Notes under the pieces: generated by a model | The model's database searches: none | Seen by the model: the letters and a program-made list of their open reading frames with translations, nothing else | What the model was told of the DNA's origin: nothing | Program-made: the position numbers and the translations under genes | Shown here: positions 12,340 through 27,891 of the stretch, in pieces | Numbering within the stretch: position 1 is the stretch's first letter | How the letters are laid out: each line of letters starts with the position of its first letter | Assembly: GCA_002104895.1 (NCBI GenBank) | Contig: MCFG01000081.1 | Location: forward strand, 1 to 64,000 | Source: Anaeromyces robustus | Taxonomy: Eukaryota | Direction of reading: 5' to 3' | DNA: 64,000 nt

Positions 12340-15300
12340 CTATTTTTAATGTTTAATATGTCCTTTTTTGTTCTTATTTGATTTTATTTAATAATAACTT
12401 ATTTTATTTTGTATTAATTTCGATCTTCGTGTTTAACTTTATTATAAATATTATTCCCCAATATTAGGTATTTATTTATATTTTTTTTTTCGAAAAAAAC
12501 AAAAAACAAAAACAAATTTTAATAATTTTAATAACAAACAGATTAAAATAGTCTATTAAAAAAATTTAAATTGATATGTAGATTATTTCCTTTTTTTCCT
12601 GTTTTGATTAATTCATTTTTTTAGGTTGTTTCCCATGAATCCAATATAAAAAAAAGCAATATTTTTAATCATAGTTAAGGTTTATTAGATAAAAATTCAT
12701 TTTTATTTATTAATTACACAAGCTTTTAGAAAAGTTAATTTTAATATTCAAATAATATCTGTATTTTTTTTTTAATACTATTTTTTACTAAATTTAAACA
12801 TTTTGATAATAATATTATTAATGTCATGAGGTTATTTGTTTTAATAATCAAAATGTACATTTTTTTGAAACTTCATAACTATTATTATTGTATAAGATTT
12901 TTGACATTCTTTATAAGAATTAACTTTTGTTAATATAGAAAATAAAATACAAAAAATAGTACATACATGGTGAAGCAATTATTTGTGTAACATAACTGTA
13001 ACCCTATATTTATTAATTCATATAAAACTAAATAAGTAGATAGATAAATAAAAAAATAAATAAATATTAACTTCTAAATAGATGATTAATAAATTATTAA
13101 TAAAAGATAGCACCAATAGTATTAAAAATTTTAATAATTATAACTATATTAAATAATAAATAATAATAATAATAATTATAATACAATAACAATTCATTAT
13201 TTTTTATTATATATAATAATAGTAATAATAGTAATAATAAATAAATAATAATAAATAATAAAATAATAATAAAATAATAATAAAATAATAATAAAATAAT
13301 AATAAAATAATAATAAAATAATAATATTATTATAATAAAGTAATGATAACAATAATTATACTAAAAAACCAAAAAATTATGCACAACGACAACAATATTA
13401 ACACTAATTATTTATTAATTATACAATAAATAATAATAATAAATTAATAATAATAATAATAATAATAATAAAAAGAAATTATAATTAATTAATTAATTAA
13501 TAAATAAATAAATAATTAACAATAATTAGGGCAATAAAAATAAAAATCAAAATAATAATATAATATAATAATAATATTAACAATATTATTATTATATATT
13601 TTGGTGTTTTCATATAATATTATTAACAAAGACAACGTAATAATAATACTAATGACCATTATCATAATAATTATGATAATGATGATCCTGATAATTGTTA
13701 AAAATAGAATGATTATATATATAATTAATTTACACCATTGTTATCTTTTAGTTTATATGTTTTAATTAAAATAGAATATTTGAATTATATAAAAAGTGTA
13801 TTTATATATGATTCTTAAGAAATTAGTTACAATTATCATGATATACACATGGATATTTCAATTATTTATTTATTAAAAATATTTAATATATCCATGTATG
13901 TAATTTCTGTATTATTTTGATATGTTTATAAAAATTATTTAAATGAAATAATTAAATATCAGTAACAATATATAATAATTATTAAAATAATGATTATATA
14001 ATGTTACTGAAATATGTACTAAATATAATTTATTATAGAAATAAAAAATTATTAGAATGTTGTATATTTAATTAATAATATTTAATATTAGTTATTTTAA
14101 TAGTAATTAATAACTATGTGAAAAAATATTAATTTATTATTAATTAATAATAGTTTTATATTTTTTGATAATAATATAATGAATAATAATAACTTTTTTT
14201 CATAATTTAATTAAAATGTTACAAATCACAACTTTACATTAATATAATTAAACTGTACTGACCATATACAATAATAAAATAATAAAATTGTAATAAATTA
14301 TTAATTAATTATAGAATAGAAAAACATAATAATAATTAAAGAAAAGAAAAATAAAAATAAAAAAAAAATTTTTTTAATTTTTTTGGTAAATTAATCGAAC
14401 ATAGAATAAATATATATTATAATTATAATATGATATATTAATATTAAATAAATCTATACATATATATGAAAAGTCAAAAATAATAATAAAAATATATAGA
14501 TATAATTTTTTTTTAAAAAAAGTAAAAAATAAAATAGGATATATAGGATATTAATTCGTAATTGATTTACTAATACATTATCATATATACTATGAATAAT
14601 AAATATTTATTTATTATTTATTTATTATGAGTATTTATTGACTAACAGAATAAAAATTTAGGTACATTTAAATTGTACTTTTATTTATTTATTTTTTTAT
14701 TTATATTCATGATAAATATGTTAAAGAATTCATAATTTTTTTTTTTTTTTTACTTTTTATCTTGAAAATTTTTGTTTATAAAATGTTACATCTTTTTTAA
14801 TATTGTTAAAACAAAATATTATTCTATAATTCTCTTTAATATTACTTCTTTTTTTGTAGTATTATATTATTTATTTTTTTGTTTTAATAAAATAGTTTTT
14901 AATATAAAACAAGTCTATTTTTAGAATAATTTTATAAATATATTATTATTAAACATTTTAATATAATTTTATGTAACCTATTTTAACATATTAATATATT
15001 TTATTATTATTTTTAATATTTTACATATATATTTTCCGTGAATATATGGGTACAAAATTAATATGCAAAATGAACTACAAAATGATTTCTTCTTTAAATC
15101 TTAATTAATATCAGTTTAATTTAATATATATATAAAATAATTAATTATACATATATATAATTATATTATTTTATTATTTTTTAAAATTATAAGATAATAT
15201 TAACAAATAAGATTAAAAAAACCCCAAAACAATTAATTAATTAATTTAAATTATATTCTTTTTTTTTTATTATGTATTATTTTTGTATATGAAAATAATT

Positions 15301-17079
15301 ATTAATTAAAATTTGAAATTTGTCAAATTGTCTAATAAATTTAATATATTATATTTTTATTAAATCTTATCAAAATAATGATGGTAGTACATTTTATATT
15401 ACTATCTATTTTTTTTTAAATATAGATTTTGATTTTATATTAATTTAATAATAAAATAATTTCAATATATATATTACTACTTAATTAATTTAATAATGTA
15501 TGATATATATTAATAGTATAAATAATAATATATTAATATTATAAATCATCTCATCTAATTAAAATATCTTTATTAATTATATAATATATAATAATCAGTA
15601 TTTTTTGTTTACATATATATATTTAACAGAATTTTTATTTTTTTTTGTTTTTTAAAAGAAAATAAATATTTTAATAATTTTATTTTTTTTATTTTACTTT
15701 AGCTTGTGCTTTTTTACTTAAAAAACTAAATTATTATATATTTTTTATTCTTTATATGACAAATTGTATTGCTATAATTATTTATTATGATTATAGATGC
15801 AAATAAATTAATATCTATTTTGTAATATCTATTTTACAATGTAATTATAGATGAAATATATTAATATCTTTTTTTATTTGTGATGAAAAATCATCTCATC
15901 TTTTTATTAATATTTAAACTTTTTATCATTTAATAATGTATTAATATATTATAATAAAGTAATATAGTAATATATCACAATATATTGTCTATATATACTT
16001 ATTATATTAATTAAATATTTATCTTTTCTATTCATCAATGTTAGACAAAAGAACATAATTATTATAATTAATATTATAATATATTAATAGATTTATTTTA
16101 TTATATTGTTAATATATTATAAATATATTATATAGTACAGTACATTAAATTAATATTTTAAGGATTTTTATTTGTTAAACATATAACTAATAATTTAAAC
16201 TTTTTATGACTCGTTTTTTTAATTATTAAATAGTAATTAAAAAAATTTAAAGTTCAAAAATGGAAAATTCTAATTATTTAATTATCCAAATATATTAAAA
16301 TAACCCCAAAATTCCAAAATGTTACATTTAAATTAGTAAATTATTACAAATTAGGAAATTATTATAATTTTATTTTATATTAAATTTATTATTTTTTAAT
16401 TTTAAAATTTTAACAAATGTTAAATAATAATGTGGAAAATAAATTATGTATAATAAATTCATATTGTTTTAATATAAACTCATTATTCTGGGGATTAAGA
16501 GAATAATTATAAGAAATTACTTTACATTAAAATATTAAACAATACTTTATGTTTTTTTTTTATATATTTTAATTTTCAAAATATATCATAATTTTGACTG
16601 TTTTATCCTTTTTTTTAAAAGATTATCCTTGTTTTTTTTTTTTATGAAATTAGTAAAGTATAGAGACTAGATAGTTTTATTAAAAATATTACATATTAGG
16701 TAATTTTTTTAATAGAAAATTTTATTATTATTAAGTTTTATAGTTGTTAAGCTTTACTAATATTTGATACATTTTTTATTATTTAATATAGTTTTTTTAA
16801 AATAGACATTTTGAAATATAAAAATTTAAAAAAGTAAATTAACAGAATAAACTTTATTACATAATATTAATATATTTATTAATATTGGTCAAATTGAAAT
16901 TGAATATAGTTAATTATTATATTAAGATTTGATACTATATTATATAATTAATCTAGTTTTATTTCATATAAATAAAAATCATAATCTTTGATGATATATC
17001 ATCAGAAATATTAAAATTTTAATTATATTAAAATATTTTGTATATAATTTAAGAATTAATATATATGTTTTTAAAAATA

Positions 17080-17114
<35 letters not shown>

Positions 17115-17158
17115 GTTAATATAATGAAAATTAAAAATAAATTAAATTTGTTGTAATA

Positions 17159-17193
<35 letters not shown>

Positions 17194-19519
17194 CATACAA
17201 TTATGTTTAATAAAAAAAAAATGTATATAATAATAAGTTACATTTTATGCTTTATTATTTTATTATATTTTTATAAATATATTATTATTGTAACGCATAA
17301 ATAATGGAAATGAATATCTTTATTATTTATTATTTATCTTAGAATGCAAGTATACAAAGAGTTATATGAAATTCAATATTATGAAGAAATTTATGAAGAT
17401 TTTTAATTATTAATATAAAAGAAATCACGTCATTTTTTTATTGAAATATGATAAATTTAACTTTTTTTTTTTTTTGAAAAAGTATTGTTAATATTATTAA
17501 ATTAATAATCAAATTCGTGATTTATGGTTTAAAAACTTTATGATTTAATTAGTAATTTGTTGGTTTATGTAAAATTTAATTAAATTTGTAGCCAAATAGA
17601 ATAAACATATTGTTATTGTACTTTATATATTTTTTATAAATTAAATATGTATTTATTTATTTTTTTGTATATTATATATTCACACTATTACTATTTTAGT
17701 TATATAAAACAATAATAAAGTTTTCCTGTTTTTCTATTTTTGTTACATGAATATTTCCAAAATTCCATTATTAAAATAATAATATATTTAAATAATATAG
17801 GATTAAATTTAATCTAAAAGTATTTATTTATAACTATTATAAGGTAATTTTCCATTTTATCATTGTTTAAAGAATCATAATATTTTATATGTGTTATACA
17901 AAATTATTAAAAATAGATAATATTAAATTATTAATACTAATTAAAATTTACATGACAACGTTAAATTACTTTTTTTTTTTTTTTTATTATGCTTATTAGT
18001 GATGTTAATATTATTAATAAATTTATCATAATTTATATAAATTCTATAATGATTAATCATTATATATTGTTACATAATATTGGTAGTGTTACGTTACATA
18101 AGAATTTTATTATATATTAATTATATATTGATTTTTCCAAGATGTTTTTTAACAGGTTTATCATATATTATTAATATTACTATCAAAGTTGACAATGACT
18201 AAACTATATATATAATAATTATATTTTAATAAATATTATATTAGGTAAATGAAATAGAATATAGATTTTTTGAAAAGAAAAATAATTAAAAAGAAAAATC
18301 AAATTAATTTATAATAAAAATGTTTCTACCAATAATAGTTTAATATATATTACAAATAAATTTAAATTACATATATTAATAATTGAATGACAAAATATTA
18401 TAATTTAAATTATTAATTAAAATTTTATTTATAGTATATTGGAATATTATTATTAATATAATATAAATATATTAATAATAAAATTAATATAAATAAAATA
18501 TATAATATAATATAAAGATATAATAAAAATAAATAAATTAAAATAAATTCATAATATATAGATTTGATAATCTTTTTCATTAAAGAAACAAGTTTTTTAA
18601 AAAAATAATGATTTTTGGTATATTAATAATTAATTATTTTTTACTCTAAATATTTCATAATATAGATATTTTTATATATCACCCATATTTCTTTCAATAT
18701 CATTTTGTTTATTGTAAGAAAAACAATAGTAAATAAATATATAATATATATTATATATATTATATAAAGTGGTACCTATGTTAATAAAAAATGTTCATTA
18801 TATAATATTTCGAAAAATTATAATGAAATATTTCAAAAAGTTATTATTAATTATTAAAAACGTAATAATTAGTTATCTCATAATATTATAATTAAATATT
18901 ACGATTTATTATGTCATAGAATAATAAAATACTTTGCTTAAAAAATCTTTTTATTATTTTTTTTTAAAAAATATTATAATTAATTCTTATTATTAATAAT
19001 CAAAAAATTTAAAAAAAAATTAATTAAAAAATAATTAAAATTATAATTAAATAATATATTTAAAAATAATTAAAAAATCTGCCTTGGTAGATGTAAAATT
19101 TTAATAAAAATGTGGATTAAATTTTTATACCTGAATTTAGGTGAAAGGATTAGTGGATTTGCAAGAAAGTGTGGATAACTCTATTTAATAATAAAAATAT
19201 ATTGTGGATATTAAACATCAATATATTGTAATATATTGTAATATATTAATATTTAAATTAGAAAATAAATTGAAGTATTAGTATATAATGTCCATATATT
19301 AAAATATATTATTATTAAATATGACAATGCAGTTTAACAATATATTTAATAGAGTTAATATATGTAGATTTCTTAGTAAAAAATTAATTATTAATAATAA
19401 AAAAAAGAAAAGATAAGAATTTGGATTTTAAAATTCTATAAAATAATAATTAATAATTATATTTATTATATAACATTTTAAATTTAATTTCATAAAACTT
19501 TTATATTAATATTTTAAAA

Positions 19520-19557
<38 letters not shown>

Positions 19558-20046
19558 TTTTTTTTATTTTTTTTTTACATCATATTTTAATAAAATAAAA
19601 AAAATAAAGTTTAGTTAATATTTTATATAACAAAATCTTTTTTTATTTTTTTATTTATAATAAGAATATATAAATGGAATTAAATTAAAGTAATAATAAT
19701 AATATAATATAATAATAATAATTTTAATAAAAAAAAAATAGAATAAAAAACATAATACAGTCATTCATCTAATTTAATAAAGAATAAATTAATGAAAAAT
19801 AAGGTAAAATATATTACATTTCTTAAAAACATTTTATACTGTAATATTTAAATGAATACTTATTTTATAATAAAAAAAAGTGTGTTTGAGATAAATATTG
19901 AAGAAAAAAGTTAAAAAGTTTTATAATATAAATATAAATTTAACTATAATTATCTAAATTATTTCAATTGTAATATTTTTTTCAATTATTTTATCAACGA
20001 AATACTTATATATTATATTTTTTATTTGTAGATATAAATCATACCA

Positions 20047-20305
20047 ATGAATAATATTCAAGAATCTGAAATTAACAATCCTCAACGTAAATTATCTATT
20101 GATTCATTAATAAATTCACCTTTTCAACAACCAAATACTCTAATTAAGCCACAAATGAATTCAGTTGGAAATAATTATGGTTATCCTACTAAAGAAAATC
20201 CATATAAAGAAATGAATTATGATAATATAAGGTCACCACAAAGCACTACCTCACAGGAAGGTAGACCATTATTTAACCCATTATCACCAAATAATAATAT
20301 TAGCT

Positions 20306-20336
<31 letters not shown>

Positions 20337-21058
20337 TATGGGTATGAATAATACAATGAATTATAATGGTTCTCATAGTAATAATCAACCTCAAGAGCAA
20401 AGCAATAATAATAGTAGTAAAAGTAAAAAAATAAATAGCTTCAGTTTAAACCAACTAATAGGAAATGAAGAACCAAGTGATAATAATAATACATCAATAA
20501 ATTTCAATAATAATAATACCAATAATATCCAATATTCACATTCAATGGACTATAACAGCCAATTGAATATAAATAATAATTCAAATGTGAATTTAAATAA
20601 TCAAATGAACATAAGTAATATGAACAGTAATAATATGAATTTATATAATAATAATGGATTGAATGTAAATTATAATACTAATAATAATAATAATAATAAT
20701 GATAATAATAATCATAATAATAATAGTAATAATTTTAATAGTAATAGCAGGACTAATGTTAATATGAACTTTAATAATAACAACAACAATAATAATAACT
20801 TTAATAATACTCAAAATATAAATAACAGTAATTATATGAATTACAGTAATATAAATAATAATATATACAATAATATAAACAATAATGGTATGTATAGCAA
20901 TAATATGAACAATTTGAATAACAATAATAATAACAATAATAATAATATGAATAATAACAATAATATGAACAGTAATATGAATAATAATAACATGAATTTC
21001 AATTATGGTTCTAATATGAATAACAATTATAATAATAATCAGGATATGAATAATTCAT

Positions 21059-21121
<63 letters not shown>

Positions 21122-21692
21122 GTTCAAATATAAATTATAACAACCAAAATAATGGTTATAATAATCAATCTATGATAAATAATAATTCACAGCCGTCAAA
21201 TTATCATATGAATTATTATAATCAACAAAATATGAACAATATGAATAATAATTCTAATATAAATTATTTTAATGGTAGTCCATCAAATGCAGATATGAAT
21301 TTTAGCAATAATAATCATAATAATAATCATAATAATAATCATAATCATAATAATAATCATAATAATAATAATCATAATAATAATCATAATAATAATAATA
21401 ATAATAATAATTATAATTATAATTATAACTATAATAGTAACTATAATAATAATTATAATAACTCAAATATGAATTATGAATATAATATGAATGATGCTAC
21501 TAGAGGTAGTAATAATAATCAAAAATCAAATGCTAATAACTTAAACCAATCCCCTAATTATAGTAACAATTATTATAATAACAATAGTAGTAATAATACA
21601 TCAACACCTAATATACCTCCTGTTGCTTCTATGGTGAATATTAATTCAAATTCAATGTTAAATATGTATCGTCCAGTCACGCCAGTTACACC

Positions 21693-21728
<36 letters not shown>

Positions 21729-21854
21729 TAATAATAATAATAATTATAATTATAATATTAACAACAGTAATAATTATGGAATTACCCAAAATCAATCAAA
21801 TAATAATAATATTCAAAGGGAGAATAAATATCAAATGTTTCCTATGATGAATGC

Positions 21855-21905
<51 letters not shown>

Positions 21906-23586
21906 TAATAATAACAATAATATTAGACCAATAAATTATCCAATATCTCCAATGAATGGTAATAATCCAAATCAAAATATAAATGGATCACCACAAAATA
22001 TAAATATCGTAAGTCCAATATCACCAATTCATAATAATTCAATTGTTAATAATAATACAGGATCACCTGTAAATAATAATTCTAATTGTAATAATAATAA
22101 TGGTAATAATTATATCAGATATCCTATTACACCTAATAATAATAACCAAAATCAAATGATAGAACAAATAAATAGTAATAAAAATAATTTAAATAATATA
22201 TCTATGAATTCAAATAATTGTATTTCAAATCATCATCCGATTATACCAAATTCATCTAATGAAAATATACCATCTAAAGATAGCAATTCTTTATCAAATA
22301 ATGCTAGTAATAACATGGATGTTGAAGTAGATAATAATTCAAATAATAATTCAAAATTAAAATCAAAGAAAAATGAAGATACTTCTTCATCTAATAGTAA
22401 TAAAAGCAATGTTAAAACTAGAGGAAATAAAAGGGGACCAAAACCTAAATTAGGAAAGAATTTAAAGGTTTCGGAAAAACAATCTAATAAATCTATATTA
22501 AATAATTCCAAAATAGGAAAGAAAGCAGGTGATAATAAGATTAGTAAAACTAACAAACAGAATGGTTTAAAGAATCATCAAGTTTATTTACATGAGGATA
22601 TTAAAAAGGACGAGAATAGTAGTATTTTACGAGAAATATTAAATGATAAATCAAATCTTGTTAATACTAAAGATGGAAATAAAATTAGTAAGATTAAAAA
22701 TGGTGATAGTATTGTAAAAAATGAAGAAGAAGAAGATGGAATTGAAGATTTATCAAGCCAAAATGAACAAGATATTGAACATGATCCAGATGAAATTATA
22801 TTTAAGAATGAAAAGGATAGATTGAAATATATTGATGAATTTAAACGTAAATATAATAGTAATCCTGAAGAAGATGTTGGCGATTCTAATGATGATGGTG
22901 CTAATAATTATTTACATAAAATTACAAAGGAAGCCTATAGTTCTGTATTTTTAGATCGTCAAATCATTAAAAAAAGAAATACACCTATTAATAAAACAGA
23001 ATTTAAAGAATTAATTTCTGAATGTATTCAAAGAAATGCACCACCAGTTATTCTTAAATGTATGATTACGAAATCAGATAAATTAAAAATGACACCATAT
23101 AAATGTCCATATCCAAATTGTAATGAAGTATTTTCAAAAAATCACTTTGCTGAATGTCATAGTGAAGAAACAGATACTTCTATTAGACCATTTATATGTC
23201 AATTATGTGATAAAACTTTTAGAAGAAGATTTGATTTAACTCGTCATAGTAATTCTCATAATATTATTAAACCATATCATTGTTCTCGTTGTCTTAGAGG
23301 TTTTGCTCGTTCTGATTCATGTTTAAGACATATTAGAACTACGAAATGTCAACCATTTAATTTTAAAACTATACCAAATGACATTGATTTATTTAAACTT
23401 TTTTCTAATGACCAAGATGATAATTCATCGTATGTTACAGTAACTCCTTCTATTACTAAGGATTCATTTATACTTTTAACTTTTCATCAGTTAAATAAAG
23501 AAAGATCCCCACCTCAAACACCTACTCCAACAGCTACACCTAATCCAACCACTGATAATAAATCTACTATCATAACTCCACAATAA
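20047..23586 (+). CDS. Asn-rich C2H2 zinc-finger transcription factor, 1179 aa, single coding exon
   Basis: Long ORF with ~760 aa of N-rich low-complexity sequence, a basic patch (KTRGNKRGPKPK) and C-terminal fingers at 23104-23349: degenerate CPYPNC..H, canonical CQLC..FRRRFDLTRHSNSH, and CSRC..FARSDSCLRHIRTTKC. Confidence 0.9.
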
Positions 23587-26500
23587 TTTGATTAGTAATA
23601 AATTAATCATTTATAGTCTTTTTTTTTTTTAAAAAAAAAAATTTTTTTTTATATTTTTAAATTTTTCATTCATTATTAAAACAATAATAATTATCATTTC
23701 TAGAAAAGTTTAATACTTTTTTATGCTTTATGATATTATTTTAGATATATATAGAATAATAACAACATATTTTTTTTTTTTTAACGTGAAGTTCAAACTA
23801 TATAAACTAAAGAGTTTAAATTTTTTTTAATATTTATTTTTATAAATTTATTAATTCTATAATAATTACATATTTTTAAATGTAATTACATAATTTTCAG
23901 TGTAAATAAAATAATAATAATAATAATATTAATATTAATAACATTTTTATAGTGTTTATTAATAATGTCAATTTATTTATAAATAATAAACATTGTTATT
24001 ATAATTATAATACTATCTTTTTTTTAATAATAATTTAATAAACAAAAATCATAAAATCTATAACCTTTTTTTTTTTTTTTATTTTTTTTTTTTATTATCC
24101 CTTTATTATATTAAACTGGGATCTTTATAGTGATAATAAAATTTCAACAAATTATTATTATTTATAAAATGATAATTCATCTTCATATAAAATAATTAAA
24201 ATTAATTAATTACTTGATTATTATAAAATATTATTTGGAAAGTAAATCTATACAATAATTGAATGTTTCTTTTTTTTTTTTTTTAAATATTATAAATGCG
24301 TTGTATTCAGCATTGATATTATGTTTTGATTTACATATATTTTCATATATTCATTCTTATTTATTTTTTTTAACTCTAAAATGTTACAAAAATACTTTAT
24401 ATTAGTGGTAACTTTATGAAATATGTTTAAATTTACATATATTTTACAGGAATATTTAATATGAACATTTTTTTTTTTTATATTATATTCTTAATTAGTT
24501 AAAAATATATAATAAAGCATTTTTATTTATAATATAAAATAATAATTTTTAATTACTATAATGTTTTAGTTATTTTTTATGTTTTATGCTTTAATCTTTA
24601 GAGCTTCAAATACTTATAAATTAAATATTATTTATTACAACTTAAATACCTCTTTTACTGATTAGAATAAAATAATCATTAATTTAAATATTAAAAATAA
24701 TTAATCAAATTAATCACAATCTATGTTCAAATATATATACTCTGAAATCTGAAATGTATAAAATATACAATTATAATTCAATTAAACAGATAAAATATTC
24801 AATAATAATATATAAATTATGTTGGATATTTTATTATTAAAATAATTAGTTATATAATGAATAATTATTAAATGATATATATACTATTTGATTAATTAAA
24901 TTTGGAAAGAATTTTTGAAAATTAAAATAATTAGATAAACATTTTTTTGAATATGAATACTATATATAAATAAAAATTTAATGAAATCTATTGATATTGG
25001 TTTAATTATTCTTATAATATTGATATAAGAACAAAGATATATTATTATTCTATATTTTTTGGAATAAATAAAACTGTAAAAGTATATTTATATGTATATT
25101 TATAAGTATATTATAAATATTAAATTAGATATTTTTTATTATTTTCAATTAAAGAAGAAATACTTATATAAATTATTAAAAAAAGGTGCTTTATATTTAA
25201 AAAAATAATTAAAAATTCTAAGTTTAATATTAAAATATTCTATTCTATACTTGAAAGACAAATGATATATATTTCAACATTTCTTGAAATACTTAAATAG
25301 TGAATAACTTAATAATACTTTAATCATAATAATTTTAAAATACTAAAAAAATCGAGTTATATTTCTAAATATTTGATTTATTATCTATATTTTTGATATC
25401 TAATTTGATAAAAAAAATCTATACTTTTAATTAAAGAAAAAATATTTTTATAATTTTATAGAGAGTTGATAAATAATTATTTTATAAAAATATAATGAAT
25501 ATTTGGCATAAATTTTTTTATATTTAAATAACTACATGTATTTCAACAATTTATGAAATAATATTCTATCTATAGTATAATTAATTGATAATATTTTCTG
25601 TACTATAAAAAAAAAGGATGTGATTTTAATATTAACATTCAAATGAAAGATATATGAATTCCACGTCTATATAGTTACTTCTAATAGTATTAACAATACA
25701 ATAGAACAGGATATTACTAGTCTACATTCTGTAGAATAAAATGAAACCCAATATTTATATTTATAAAACATTAAAAAATCATTAATTTTTAAAAAATTTA
25801 TAAATAATTTAAATACTTTAATCTTAAATAAAACTTATAAAATTGAAATCGGCTAATTTATATTATTTAATAAAAATTAACATGATTATATATCTTTAAT
25901 ACTGAAAAGTGTATATCATGCAAAAAAAAAAAAAAAAAAAAAAACTGAAATTATTATTTGACTTTATATAATCAGAATTAAATTGTTTATTTTTTTGATA
26001 AACTTTTTTTCTTTTATTACAAAATTATGAATATGGTAAAATACCTCTATGGATATAAATATATCTAGAAATGCTATTTAGAATTATTTTTATTGTTATT
26101 ATTCAGAATATTTAAAATATAACATAAACAAAAAAAAATTGTTACACAAAAAGTATATGTAATAAATAATAATAAGTATCAAATATAAAATTATATATAA
26201 TAATTATGGAAAATAAGGATAAATAATAAAAAGATGAATCTATTGATACCCTTATATATGTCAATAATTTAAAAATTATAAAATTAATATGTAGTAGGGT
26301 TATTAACAGTATTATTTTATTATTATTATTATTTTCAATTAAATCATTATCAATTTCTATTTTTATACATATTCTGTCAAGCTTTTATTCACGTGATCAA
26401 TGGATTATCATATTTCTTAATAATACATTTATAGAAGATTATATAGCCAACATTTCGAAGGATTGTGCTACATTTTATTGTAAAATATGTAATTTTTTTT

Positions 26501-27891
26501 TGAAAAAAAAATATATATATAATATATATATATATAAATTATAAACTTTTTTATATAAAAAAGTGTTAATACATTATATTTAAAGAGAAAATTTTTTTGA
26601 TAATAAATAATTATTATAATGAAATATATTAACAACTTAATGTTTGTCAACAGAGGTTTCTTTTTTTTTTTATATATATATATTAATTTATAATATTATT
26701 TATTATTTATTAATTACTATTTTTATTATATTAATAATAAAATAAATTATTTTTTATAATTTGTATGATATATATAATATATATAAATTTATTTATATTA
26801 TATTTAATTATCTAATTTTATTTATATTTATATTACATTACAATTAAATTATAATAATTTTATATTAAAAAAAAATTATTTATAAAAATAAAATATTTTT
26901 TCTTTAAAAAAGAAAAATAAAAGTTATATTATAGATTTAATCAAATATAATATAATAATCGAATCGTATATATTTCATTTTTATATATATTTATTTTTTT
27001 TTGCTCTTATAATCTTTATATTTAATAAATAATAATTTAAAGGTATAATAATTAATTTAACTGGTATTAATAATAATGATAATAATAATGAATTTTTTTT
27101 TTTTAAATATTGCGACACTAAATTAGAATATTTTATAAATCATAATATAAAACGAAAAAAATTAAATAAATGATGAAAAACAAATAATAAAAATAATATA
27201 AGTTATTAATAATTAAGAGGAAAAAAGAAAAAGGAGAAAAAAAAAACAAGAAAATAATAATATAAAAACAAGTTATACATTTGATGTTATAAGTATAATA
27301 AACAATATAAATATTATTTTAGATGTAAATAAATAAAAATTCATATTTACATGAACTAAAAAAAAAAAGATGATGTATTCTAATATTTTTCTGTTATATA
27401 TGTATATGAAGAATTTTTTTAAACATATATAAGTTCAAAAATAGCAGTAAATAATAATCAAAAAATATTAAAAATCAAATTTTAAGAAAGACATCAGTAA
27501 TAATGAATAATATTTTATGATTATTAAAGATAGTAATACCAATAATAAATTTTTTTTTTTCGAAATAATAAAATTCAAAAAGAATATCAAAATATTTTTC
27601 TCATAACAAAATTTGTAATACAGGATTCAATATTCTTATTTTAAAAATATTTTTATTTATCACAGTAATATATAATATATCATCCACCAAATATTGAAAT
27701 AACATTAAATTCAATAAAAGAATTAATTTAAATATAATACAATACACTGTTTTATTTTTTTTCTAATTTCATCTTAGTTTACAATATTAATGAATATTTT
27801 TCTTATGTATGCTATAAGTATTTAAAATAATAATTAATAATATTTATTATATTTTTATTTTATTTATATATGTAAAAAATAAAATAAAAAG

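Noticed and set aside
22233..22556. 107-aa minus-strand ORF
   Set aside because: Antisense shadow of the K/N-rich zinc-finger CDS.
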